Positions 27,624 to 36,194 of a stretch of 64,000 nt of DNA are shown one piece after another. The stretch is taken from assembly GCF_003428335.1 (NCBI RefSeq), contig NZ_CP031704.1, forward strand, positions 4,474,071 to 4,538,070. Reading direction: 5' to 3'. Positions within the stretch are counted from its first letter, which is position 1. Each line of letters starts with the position of its first letter. The DNA is from Solimonas sp. K1W22B-7. GTDB lineage: Bacteria; Pseudomonadota; Gammaproteobacteria; Nevskiales; Nevskiaceae. The notes under the pieces are model-generated. The model saw only the letters and a list, made by a program, of their open reading frames with translations, had not been told where the DNA came from and made no database searches. A program made the position numbers and the translations under genes.

Positions 27624-28021
27624 ACCAGCAGCACGGCGATGCCGCGCCACAGGCACAGCACACCGAGCACCAGCAGCAGGATGAAGGTCAGCAGCGTTCC
27701 GTAGAAGCGGCCGAACTTCCAGCCCGGGGTGAACGACAGCGCGATACCGTGCAGCAGGCGCGCCACCAGCAGCGCGGCGCCGAGCAGGTGCAGCAGCCAG
27801 GGCGGCGTGACGCCGCCGAACTCGAGCATCGCGAGCATCAGCAGGATGAAGGGCACGTATTCGGCGAAGTTGCCGTGGCCGCGGATGCGGCGCAGCAGTT
27901 CCTGGTCGCCGCCGTCGCCCAGGCTCACGCCGTGGCCGCGCTGCTGCACCACGCGATAGCTCAGCGCCAGGTACAGGATCGCCAGTGCGCCGGCGTACAG
28001 CGGTGTGATGGTCAGCAGCAT
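27620..28021 (-). CDS. MAPEG-family membrane protein
   Basis: 133 aa with four transmembrane helices and MAPEG-like conserved R/Y positions. Confidence 0.65.
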   Translation of the reverse strand: MLLTITPLYAGALAILYLALSYRVVQQRGHGVSLGDGGDQELLRRIRGHGNFAEYVPFILLMLAMLEFGGVTPPWLLHLLGAALLVARLLHGIALSFTPGWKFGRFYGTLLTFILLLVLGVLCLWRGIAVLLV

Positions 28022-28117
28022 GACGCTCCCCCTTGATTGGATAGGCCTAGGCTAGCGGAAAGCCTGCGGGAGATTGTTATATTTTATTTATTATAAATTA
28101 ATCTTATTTATCTATAA

Positions 28118-29206
28118 TCACACGTCGCCGACATAAATGCCCACGCCCCGCGCCGTGGCGATCAACGGATCGTCAGGCTGCAGCAGGCGCGAGCCCACCG
28201 TGACCTCGGCCAGCGGCACGTCGATCACGCCGCGGTCCTGCCAGGCGACCATGCGCGAGAAACGTCGCTGCGCCACCAGCTTGACCGCGTGCACGCCGAA
28301 GGCCGAGGCCAGCAGGCGGTCGCGCGGCGACGGCGTGCCGCCGCGCTGCAGGTGACCCAGCACGGTGACGCGGGTCTCCGTCCCCAGGCGCTTGCCGATC
28401 TCGCGCTCCAGGTAGTAACCGATGCCGCCGTAGCGCAGCTGCTCGCCCGGCAGGTTTACGGAGGCATGCTGCCCCTCTTCGGTCTTGACCCCCTCGGCCA
28501 CCACCAGCAGTGCATGCGAGCGGCCCTGCGTCAGTACGCGGCGCAGGTGCGCCACCAGGCCGTCGAGCGTGTACGGGATTTCCGGCACCAGGATCACGTC
28601 GGCGCCGCCGGCAATGCCGCCGTTGAGCGCGATGTGCCCGGTGTCGCGGCCCATGGTCTCCAGGATCATCACGCGGTGATGGCTGGCGGCAGTGGGCTGC
28701 AGGCGGTCCAGCGCGTCGGTGACGACGTTGATCGCGGTGGCGAAACCCACGGCGTACTCGGTGCCGTGGACGTCGTTGTCGATGGTCTTGGGCACGCCGA
28801 CCATGCCGATGCCGGCCTGGTCGCAGAGGCGCCGCAGGATGCGCATGGAGCCGTCGCCACCGATCACGATCAGTGCGTCCAGCGCCAGCTCGCGCACGCC
28901 GGCGGCGAAGTCCCCGGAGCGGTCGCGGAAGCTGCCGTCGGGCTGCGGAAAGCGGAAGGGATCGCCCTTGTTGGTGGTGCCGAGAAAAGTGCCGCCCTCG
29001 CGCAGCAGGCCCTCGTCGAAGGACTCCGCACGCAACTCGCGGTAGCGCGGCGGCTGCTCCATCAGGCCCAGCGAGCCGTCAAGGATGCCCAGCACACGGC
29101 AGCCGCAGACCTGGGAGGCGTGATAGGTCACCGCGCGGATCACCGCGTTGAGCCCGGCGCAGTCGCCACCGCTGGTCAGCACGCCGATGGTCTTGATGTC
29201 CTTCAT
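28118..29206 (-). CDS. pfk: 6-phosphofructokinase
   Basis: GVLTSGGDCAGLNAV, GGDGS and MGR motifs. ATG at 29206 (MKDIKTIGVL). Confidence 0.85.
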   Translation of the reverse strand: MKDIKTIGVLTSGGDCAGLNAVIRAVTYHASQVCGCRVLGILDGSLGLMEQPPRYRELRAESFDEGLLREGGTFLGTTNKGDPFRFPQPDGSFRDRSGDFAAGVRELALDALIVIGGDGSMRILRRLCDQAGIGMVGVPKTIDNDVHGTEYAVGFATAINVVTDALDRLQPTAASHHRVMILETMGRDTGHIALNGGIAGGADVILVPEIPYTLDGLVAHLRRVLTQGRSHALLVVAEGVKTEEGQHASVNLPGEQLRYGGIGYYLEREIGKRLGTETRVTVLGHLQRGGTPSPRDRLLASAFGVHAVKLVAQRRFSRMVAWQDRGVIDVPLAEVTVGSRLLQPDDPLIATARGVGIYVGDV

Positions 29207-29415
29207 GCGGATCTTCTTCGGGAACAAGAGTCCTGAGAGTAGCGCAGCGGCCCGATGGTTCGACCGCCTTCGCGGACGGATTTATACTCCCCTCCGGAAT
29301 ATGAACGACCTTGCCTGACCTGCTCCGCCCTCGCGGCGGAACGTGAACTCCCGGCGCCCGGCGCGCCGGCTCCCTTGCGGCTGCCCGTGGCAGCCACGAA
29401 CAGGTCAGCTACCCC

Positions 29416-30444
29416 ATGTCATTCCATCCTTTCCCGGATGCGCTGCGGCGCATCGGTTTTCCCCTCCGCCTCGTCCCGTTTCTCTCCAGCGAAACCGGCG
29501 CCCTGCCCGCGCGCGTGATTGCGCGCCACCGCGACCGCTGCGAGCTGCATGACGGCAGCCAGGTCTTCGAGGCCCTGTTTGCTCCCGGCGAAGATCCGCT
29601 GGCCGGCGACTGGGCGCTATGGCGCGATGAAGGCGGCACGCGCCGCATCGCCGCGCTGCTGCCACGCGCCAATCTCCTGCGCCGCGGCCGCGGCGACGGC
29701 GAGGCGCAACCGCTGGTCGCCAATGTCGACACCGCCCTGCTGGTGATGGGCCTCGACGGCAACTACAAGCCCAATCGCCTGGAGCGCTTCCTGCTGCTGG
29801 CGCGTGCCTCGGAGACGGCGGCGGTGGTGGTGCTGAGCAAGGCCGATCTCTGCACGGACGCCGACGCACGCATCGCCGCCGTGCGGCGCCTTTGCGGCAG
29901 CGCCACGCAAGTGGTGCATGGCGACACACGCGACGCCACGCTGCGCGCAGCCCTGCAGCCCTGGCTGGGCGAAGGCCAGACGCTGGTGCTGCTCGGCTCT
30001 TCCGGTGTCGGCAAGTCCACGCTGTGCAACACGCTGCTCGGTGACTCGCGCCAGGCTACCGGTACCGTGAGCGCCGCCGCCGATCGCGGCCGCCACACCA
30101 CCACGGCGCGGCGACTGCTGTGCCTGCCCGACGGCGCCTGCATCATCGACACACCGGGTTTGCGCGAGTTGCGACTGTCCGGCGACGAAGCGCTGGGCAA
30201 CGGTGCCTTCGAGGACATCGCGCAGCTGGCGGAGCACTGCCGTTACGGCGATTGCCGGCACGAGGAGGAGCCCGGCTGCGCGGTGCGCGGACAAGTGGAC
30301 GAAGGGCGGCTGGCGAACTATCACAAGCTGGAACGCGAGCTTGCGCATGCACGTCAGACAAGCTTGCAGAGACAGGCAACGAAACGGGCCGACAAGGCAC
30401 TCCATCGCAGCCAGCGCCGCTTCTACCGCGACCGCGATCGATAG
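29416..30444 (+). CDS. rsgA: Ribosome small-subunit-dependent GTPase A
   Basis: GSSGVGKSTL P-loop and C-terminal zinc-finger cysteines (CRYGDCRHEEEPGC). Confidence 0.85.
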   Translation: MSFHPFPDALRRIGFPLRLVPFLSSETGALPARVIARHRDRCELHDGSQVFEALFAPGEDPLAGDWALWRDEGGTRRIAALLPRANLLRRGRGDGEAQPLVANVDTALLVMGLDGNYKPNRLERFLLLARASETAAVVVLSKADLCTDADARIAAVRRLCGSATQVVHGDTRDATLRAALQPWLGEGQTLVLLGSSGVGKSTLCNTLLGDSRQATGTVSAAADRGRHTTTARRLLCLPDGACIIDTPGLRELRLSGDEALGNGAFEDIAQLAEHCRYGDCRHEEEPGCAVRGQVDEGRLANYHKLERELAHARQTSLQRQATKRADKALHRSQRRFYRDRDR

Positions 30445-30487
30445 TGTTCGTTCATGGATAACAGGGGAAAACCTTGAAAAATATTTC

Positions 30488-30516
30488 TTGCAAGCGCTTT
30501 TGCGCAGGCGTACAGT
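30488..30516 (+). promoter_or_regulatory. Sigma70-like promoter (TTGCAA-17 bp-TACAGT) followed by CGCAAT-c-ATTGCG palindrome
   Basis: Near-consensus -35/-10 with 17-bp spacer in an AT-richer stretch. A 13-bp palindrome at 30527-30539 lies at the predicted +1 region. Confidence 0.5.
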
Positions 30517-30522
30517 CCGCGC

Positions 30523-30779
30523 GCTTCGCAATCATTGCGATGAAAAAATTTTCGGGCACACAGGCTTCCATGACCATCTTGTCCAGGACCCAGGCAACGA
30601 GCATGCAACGGCATCACAGCCGTGGCGGCGTCGCGCCTGCGCTCCGGCCTGAACGGACCTTGGGCAATACCGCCAGCCTGACGCTTATCGACTGATCCAT
30701 CCCTTGCAGGGAGATCGGTCACCCCGATCTCCCGTGGAATGCGAACCCCCGGGAGCCTTGCTACCGGGGGTTTTTCTTT
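30523..30779 (+). ncRNA. Candidate small transcript (sRNA and/or leaderless 51-aa ORF) bounded by promoter and intrinsic terminator
   Basis: Promoter at 30488-30516. Stable hairpin at 30703-30729. GC-rich stem plus U-tract at 30745-30779. Contains the ORF at 30540..30695, which has no SD. Confidence 0.35.
30745..30779 (+). terminator. Rho-independent terminator
   Basis: CCCCCGGGAGCCTTGCTACCGGGGGTTTTTCTTT. Confidence 0.7.
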
Positions 30780-30985
30780 GCGTTCGCGGTGGAGAAACAG
30801 GATTCGGCGACACAGGTCGCCAAACAGATTGGCGCCTCGGCAAGAGGCGCCAATAGGGGGCCGATGATGACGGCGCCATGCAGCGGTGCAGGCTCGCGAG
30901 TCCTGCCCGGTGCGCCCGGCTGTGCCGGTGCGTATGCCGCGTGTCGTGCGACGTCGATCCCTCACAGGAAGCTTTGATCTTCCTT

Positions 30986-31058
30986 TGGAAGCTAGCTCAT
31001 TGGATAGAGCAGGTGGTTTTCAACCATCCGGTAACGGGTTCGACTCCCGTGCTTTCGC
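30986..31058 (+). tRNA. tRNA-Glu(UUC)-like element with aberrant acceptor stem (possible pseudogene or att remnant)
   Basis: Perfect D-arm (GCTC-ATTGGATA-GAGC), anticodon arm with loop TTTTCAA (U33, anticodon UUC, A37), T-arm ACGGG-TTCGACT-CCCGT. Acceptor stem needs U1•G72 and G3•U70. No proper CCA (GCTTTCG-C-ACCA). Confidence 0.35.
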
Positions 31059-31433
31059 ACCAGGTCCGAAAGGACACACATCGGGGACGCCCCGTGTGTG
31101 ACGGCAACACCGGCAAAGGCTCGTCCGATGCCGGCCTGTCCTCACGCAGCGGCGCGATGGCCGGGGCACTGTCTTCCGACGCGAAGGCGGCGCGGCACAA
31201 GGCTCGATCGCCATCCAGCGCAGCGGATGGCTTCATGCCGGAACCGCGCCGCCCGACCCGGGGATCGCGGTGCCTCCCCTGACACGTCGTCAGGGGTGTC
31301 CCCTTCTTATTCGCCTGCGCGAGCAGGCAAGGCTGCCGCGTTGCGGGAGACCAGAGCGATCCGCGCCAGGCCGGCGAGCGCGGTGGAGCAGCGGAGCCGG
31401 CGGAAACGAGGCCAGAAAAAAGGAGTGCCTCCC

Positions 31434-32567
31434 ATGATGAGCATTTTTGGAATGAAGCGTATCGTCATCGGCGACGGCGAGCGTGGACTGCTGTACCGCA
31501 ACCGCCGCTTCGAGCGCGTGCTGTCCCCGGGCGTGACCTGGATGTGGAGCCCGTTCGTGGCCGCCGACCTGCGCGTAGCCGACATCACCCGCCCGGAATA
31601 CGAGGGCAAGGACACGGACATGCTGGTGGAGCGCCTGGGCGCGAAGCTGGAGCGCGATTTCGTGCTCGCCGACGTCGGCACCGACGAGGTCGGCCTGGTG
31701 TCGAAGAACGGCAAGCTCGAGGACGTGCTGGTCCCCGGCGCCCGCAAGCTGTACTGGAAGGGCCCGGTGTCCGTCGCCGTGCAGCGCCTGCCCTTGGGGG
31801 AGAGCCTGGAACTGGAACCGGCGGTGGCCAAGCGCCTGCGCCAGACCGGCGTGCTCGACCGCTACGCGCTGAGCACCACGGTACCGGCGGAGTCGGCGGG
31901 CCTGCTGTTCGTCGACGGCAAGCTGCAGCGCGTGCTGCAGCCGGGTGCCTACGCCTTCTGGAACTTCCAGAAGAACGTCGGCGTCGAGCTGATCGAGCTG
32001 CGCCTGCAGTCCCTGGAGGTGTCGGGCCAGGAACTGCTGACCAAGGACAAGGTCAGCCTGCGCGTGAACCTGTCGGCGACGATCCGCGTCAGCGATCCGG
32101 TGGCGGCCCGCACCAAGGTGGCGAAGTACATCGACTACCTGTACCGCGAGCTGCAGTTCGGCCTGCGCCGTTCGGTCGGCGTGAAGACGCTGGACGAACT
32201 GCTGTCGGACAAGACGGCGATGGACGGCGAGATTTTCGCCTACGTCGCCGGCCGCGTGCGCGAGCTGGGTGTCGAGCTGCTGGGCGTGGGCGTCAAGGAC
32301 CTGATCCTGCCGGGTGAGATGAAGGACATCCTCAACGGCCTGGTGCAGGCCGAGAAGGCGGCCCAGGCCAATGTCATCCGCCGCCGCGAGGAGGCCAACG
32401 CGACGCGCTCGCTGCTGAACACGGCGCGCCTGATCGAAGAGAGCCCGACGCTGCTGCGCCTGAAGGAGCTGGAGGCGCTGGAGAAGGTGACCGAGAAGAT
32501 CGACAAGCTGACGGTCTTCGGTGGACTGGACGGTGTGCTCAAGCAGCTGGTGACGCTGCGCCCGTAG
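31434..32567 (+). CDS. SPFH/Band-7 domain protein (stomatin/flotillin-like)
   Basis: ATG at 31434 after AAAGGAG. SPFH-domain blocks and a coiled-coil C-terminus. Confidence 0.8.
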   Translation: MMSIFGMKRIVIGDGERGLLYRNRRFERVLSPGVTWMWSPFVAADLRVADITRPEYEGKDTDMLVERLGAKLERDFVLADVGTDEVGLVSKNGKLEDVLVPGARKLYWKGPVSVAVQRLPLGESLELEPAVAKRLRQTGVLDRYALSTTVPAESAGLLFVDGKLQRVLQPGAYAFWNFQKNVGVELIELRLQSLEVSGQELLTKDKVSLRVNLSATIRVSDPVAARTKVAKYIDYLYRELQFGLRRSVGVKTLDELLSDKTAMDGEIFAYVAGRVRELGVELLGVGVKDLILPGEMKDILNGLVQAEKAAQANVIRRREEANATRSLLNTARLIEESPTLLRLKELEALEKVTEKIDKLTVFGGLDGVLKQLVTLRP

Positions 32568-32574
32568 TACTGTC

Positions 32575-32611
32575 GAGGGCCGCCCGCGAAGGCGGGCGGA
32601 CCCTCTTTATT
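32575..32611 (+). terminator. Rho-independent terminator of the SPFH gene
   Basis: GGGCCGCCCGCGAAGGCGGGCGGACCC then TCTTTATTT. Confidence 0.7.
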
Positions 32612-32616
32612 TGAGA

Positions 32617-32806
32617 CCGGGGCCTGTTAACGCTACCGCGGTCGCTGCGACGGAGACCGTTTTGGTGCAGGGCAATGTCCCGATACGCGCGGTGTACTAG
32701 ACGTACATAAGCGGGTCGGGACGCAGCCATGCGCCAAAACGGGCCCGCCCCTATGGGGTGCCCCGTAGGGGCATCGCGGCGATTGCGGTAGTGTTAACAG
32801 GCCCCC
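32617..32806 (+). ncRNA. Candidate structured RNA (Y-RNA-like/tRNA-repair-associated element or rtcB 5' leader)
   Basis: ~33-bp closing stem between 32617-32650 and 32773-32806 whose mismatches are all G•U on the + strand. Second long-range stem (CCGUUUUGGUGCA / UGCGCCAAAACGG, one U•G). Internal GUCCCGA...UCGGGAC and CCCC-UAU-GGGG / GCCCC-GUA-GGGGC hairpins. Confidence 0.3.
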
Positions 32807-32846
32807 TTGGAGGATGCGACGCTCTGAGTGGCGCCGCAGGAACGAT

Positions 32847-34040
32847 ATGAGCATCAAGCAGGAAATCACCACCGGCAGCGTGCCGGTGAAGATCTGGACC
32901 GACGACGTCGACGAGGCCTCGCGCAAGCAGCTGGCGAACATTGCCGGCCTGCCGTTCGTGCACCACCACGTCGCCGCGATGCCGGACGTGCATCTGGGCA
33001 TCGGCGCGACCGTGGGCTCGGTGATCGCGACGCGCCAGGCGATCGTGCCTGCTGCGGTGGGCGTGGACATCGGCTGCGGCATGGCCGCGGCGCGTACCAC
33101 GCTGACTGCCGGGGACCTGGACGAGAAGCGTCTCAACAACGTCTTCCGCCAGATCAGCCGCGACGTGCCGGTGGGCCGCGACCAGCATCGTGGCGACCGT
33201 GCGCCGACCGAGGCGGCTGCCGCCTTCGACCCGGGCCTGAACGCGATCCTGGAGAAGCACCCGAAGCTGGAGTCGCGCAAGGACCCGAACGGCTGGATCT
33301 GTCAGCTGGGCAGCCTGGGTGGCGGCAACCACTTCATCGAACTGTGCCTGGATGAGGCCGGCCGCGTGTGGGTGATGCTGCACTCGGGTAGCCGCGGTAT
33401 CGGCAACCGCATCGGCACCTACTTCATCGAGCGCGCCCGCGAGAAGGCGCTGCGCATGGACCGCCAGCTGCCGGACATCGACCTGGCCTGGCTGGACGAG
33501 GGTTCGCCGGACTTCGACGACTATGTCGAGGCGGTGGGCTGGGCGCAGGACTACGCGCGCATGAATCGCGAGGTGATGCTGGGCCTGGTGCTGGCGGCGA
33601 TGCGCCGTCACCTGCGTCCGTTCGAGACCGTGGCGGAGGCGGTGAACTGCCACCACAACTACGTCTCGCGCGAGCATCACTACGAGGCCGACGTCTGGGT
33701 GACCCGCAAGGGCGCGATCCGCGCCGGCGAGGGCCAGCTGGGCATCATCCCGGGCAGCATGGGCGCCAAGAGCTTCATCGTGCGCGGCAAGGGCAACCCG
33801 GAAAGCTTCGAGTCCTGCTCGCACGGCGCCGGCCGCCGCATGAGCCGCACGCAGGCGCAGAAGAAGTACACCGCTACCGACCTGGTGCAGCAGACCGAGG
33901 GCGTGGTCTGCCGCAAGGACGCCGGCGTGGTCGACGAGATTCCGGCGGCGTACAAGGACATCGATGAAGTGATGGCCAACCAGACGGACCTGGTGGAGGT
34001 GGTGCACACGCTGAAGCAGGTGATGTGTGTGAAGGGGTGA
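32847..34040 (+). CDS. rtcB: RNA-splicing ligase RtcB (3'-phosphate/5'-OH RNA ligase)
   Basis: HHHVAAMPDVHLGIGATVGSV, GCGMA, NHF and CHHNY motifs of RtcB; ~397 aa. Confidence 0.85.
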   Translation: MSIKQEITTGSVPVKIWTDDVDEASRKQLANIAGLPFVHHHVAAMPDVHLGIGATVGSVIATRQAIVPAAVGVDIGCGMAAARTTLTAGDLDEKRLNNVFRQISRDVPVGRDQHRGDRAPTEAAAAFDPGLNAILEKHPKLESRKDPNGWICQLGSLGGGNHFIELCLDEAGRVWVMLHSGSRGIGNRIGTYFIERAREKALRMDRQLPDIDLAWLDEGSPDFDDYVEAVGWAQDYARMNREVMLGLVLAAMRRHLRPFETVAEAVNCHHNYVSREHHYEADVWVTRKGAIRAGEGQLGIIPGSMGAKSFIVRGKGNPESFESCSHGAGRRMSRTQAQKKYTATDLVQQTEGVVCRKDAGVVDEIPAAYKDIDEVMANQTDLVEVVHTLKQVMCVKG

Positions 34041-34184
34041 ATCGCCGCGCTTATGCGATGACTAAATGTCATCGCATGCGGCGATTCACGCCCGGCCATG
34101 GATGGCCGGGCCGGGGCTAGATCAGGAAGTGAAGTCCCGCCATGGATGGCGCCCCCGCTTTAGGCACAAGACAGGAGGAAGAAA

Positions 34185-35289
34185 GTTGAGTAAGAGCAGA
34201 AAGTTAAAGCTGCGAAAGCTTCGGCAGAAGAAACTTCGACAGCAAGATCGCCGGGCCAATGCATCATCTAGGACATCGAAAGGCGCTACCACAAGCACTA
34301 AGGTGTCCGTTGATCGCTTGGGGCCCTCTGGCGTGCCCGGTGTTCTATTGATTGTTCCTGAGTTTCCAGATCGGAAAATTTCTGACCAAGAAAAATTCAA
34401 GGATAAAAGCAAGCGAATGTTCAAGTTAAAGGCGCTGCTGGGGAAGCACTCCTCAAGAGAAGGAGGTATCTCCACCATCATGACTAGTGAAGATGGGGAT
34501 TCATTTATCGTTGCAGGCTATGAAGACACTGCGGGCATGCTTCATACGTCCGTAGGGAAGATGATTCTGAGACACAACGCAAAGAAGGAGCTTGCGCTGG
34601 TAGAGTTCGATTGCAATTCAACCTCCATCCATGAAGCGAAGCACCTGTTCTTAAAGGCGCTTACTCCCTTTCTTGATCATCTGAGCTTCTTGGCAAACAT
34701 CCCGCTACACATCGTGAGAGTGGGATGCCTAGACACAGTTCATCATATTGAATCCGTGGATTACGTTGGACCTCATGCCAATGTACAACTGAATCCACAC
34801 GCCTCCTCCATGGAGGAAGAGTTGATTCCTGTGTATGCGCTATACAGGGAAGCAAAAAACAATCCAAGCTCGCTGTACAAGTTTTTGTGCTACTACAAGA
34901 TTCTTGAAGGAATCTATAAGTCTTTACGACCAGCGCTCATGTCGCGTGCAAAGGATAAGGGTATTTCTATAGCGATGCACAAAGAGGTAGTGCCGAAATT
35001 GCATGACCCGCTTCCGGACCACGCTGAACTAGAGGAAAGGCAAATTAAGGAAGTTTTTAACGGCCGATTTCGTGAAGACTTTAGAAACCAGGCGGCCCAC
35101 TTCCTACTAGGCGAAGGCCTCCCGTTGAATGTCAGCGACTCGGAGATCTATTCCAAGTTCTCTAGGGAGTTGCCATTGATTGAAGTGTGCGTACGCATAG
35201 CGATGGAGACACATCGCGAGTATTTGCAAGACTATCAAAAGAAAGTTGCCAGCTTTCACGCGCAGACGGTCTCATCGCCTTCCGCCTAG
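34185..35289 (+). CDS. Low-GC hypothetical protein with HEPN-like Rx4H motif (Abi/defence-like)
   Basis: AGGAGG + 7 nt + TTG start. GC much lower than flanks. Lys-rich N-terminus, FRNQAAHF (R-x4-H) near the C-terminus. No further recognisable motifs. Confidence 0.4.
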
Positions 35290-35326
35290 TGAAAAAGGGG
35301 CAGTGCTTGCGCACCGCCCCTTTTGT

Positions 35327-35623
35327 TTACTCCGGGCTTCGCTTGAAGTTCTTCTTCGCTGCCTGCCTTAGACCGCCGAAATCCCCGCGGATCAACGCTT
35401 CCTTCTTCAGCCGGTTCCAGCGCTTGACCTGCATCTCCGAAGCCAAGGCTTCCTCGCGGCTCGAAAACTCCTGCGAGTACACCAGCAGCAGTGGCTTTCG
35501 CGTGGCGGTATAGCCTTCGAACGTACCGGCCTCATGCTGGGCAATGCGCTGATCGAGGTTGTCCGTATGCCCGGTGTAGTAGGAGCCGTCGGCGCAGCGC
35601 AGGATGTAGAGCCAGAACGGCAT
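35327..35623 (-). CDS. GIY-YIG nuclease family protein
   Basis: WLYILRCADGSYYTGHTDNLDQRIAQHE GIY-YIG motif plus conserved Glu/Asn. ATG at 35623. Confidence 0.75.
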   Translation of the reverse strand: MPFWLYILRCADGSYYTGHTDNLDQRIAQHEAGTFEGYTATRKPLLLVYSQEFSSREEALASEMQVKRWNRLKKEALIRGDFGGLRQAAKKNFKRSPE

Positions 35624-35654
35624 GGGTGACCTTGGTGAATGTGTGAGCCCCTCG

Positions 35655-35760
35655 ATACGCTGCGCTACTCGGGGTGAACGGGTCTTTAGAATCTTCCAGC
35701 GACCAACAGACCGTTCTCCCCGAGTGCCGCGTAGCGGTGTATCGAGGGGCTCACCATACC
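35655..35760. repeat. REPIN-like inverted pair, family 3
   Basis: GTGAGCCCCTCGATACGCTGCGCTACTCGGGGTGAACGGGTCT ... inverted copy ending ...CGAGGGGCTCAC. Confidence 0.5.
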
Positions 35761-35764
35761 TCAA

Positions 35765-36190
35765 CTAAACCCCCATCCCGCCCATCGGCGTCCTCATCAC
35801 CACCAACCTCGAATCCTCCAGCGCCGCCGAGCGGTGCACCGTCTCCGCGCGGTACTCCGGGTTGGAGATCATCTGCAGGAAGGCCTGCATCGACGGATAG
35901 CGCACCAGCAGCACCTCGTCCCAGCGCTCGTCCTCGGGGCCGATGAAGCGGCCGATGCCCTCGGCCAGGAACAGCGGCTCGCCGCCGACGTCGCGCACGC
36001 GCCTTTCCGCCAGCACCGAGTAGCGCCCGTAGGCCTCGCGCCCGGTGCAGGGCGCATGGCCCGAGCCTTCCGGGTAAGCCGCCTGGCCGCGAAAGCGCAG
36101 CAGGTTGAGCATGGTCACCGGCGTGTTCATGGGAATGCCGGTGGCGATGCGCTTGATGTCGGCACCGCTGGGTTCGATCGTGCGGCTCAT
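35765..36190 (-). CDS. DUF1330 domain protein
   Basis: 141 aa; dimeric alpha+beta barrel-like DUF1330 signature region. Confidence 0.65.
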   Translation of the reverse strand: MSRTIEPSGADIKRIATGIPMNTPVTMLNLLRFRGQAAYPEGSGHAPCTGREAYGRYSVLAERRVRDVGGEPLFLAEGIGRFIGPEDERWDEVLLVRYPSMQAFLQMISNPEYRAETVHRSAALEDSRLVVMRTPMGGMGV

Positions 36191-36194
36191 TGCG

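Noticed and set aside
30941-31062. tmRNA (ssrA) 3' tRNA-like domain hypothesis for the tRNA-like region
   Set aside because: No tag-peptide reading frame ending in ..AA-stop, no pseudoknot-rich body, and a full anticodon arm is present (tmRNA lacks one).
32617-32806. Sigma54 promoter (TGGCAC-N5-TTGCA) upstream of rtcB as in E. coli rtcBA
   Set aside because: TGGTGCAGGGCAATG does not fit the -24/-12 spacing or consensus, and no rtcR is adjacent. The region is better explained as structured RNA.
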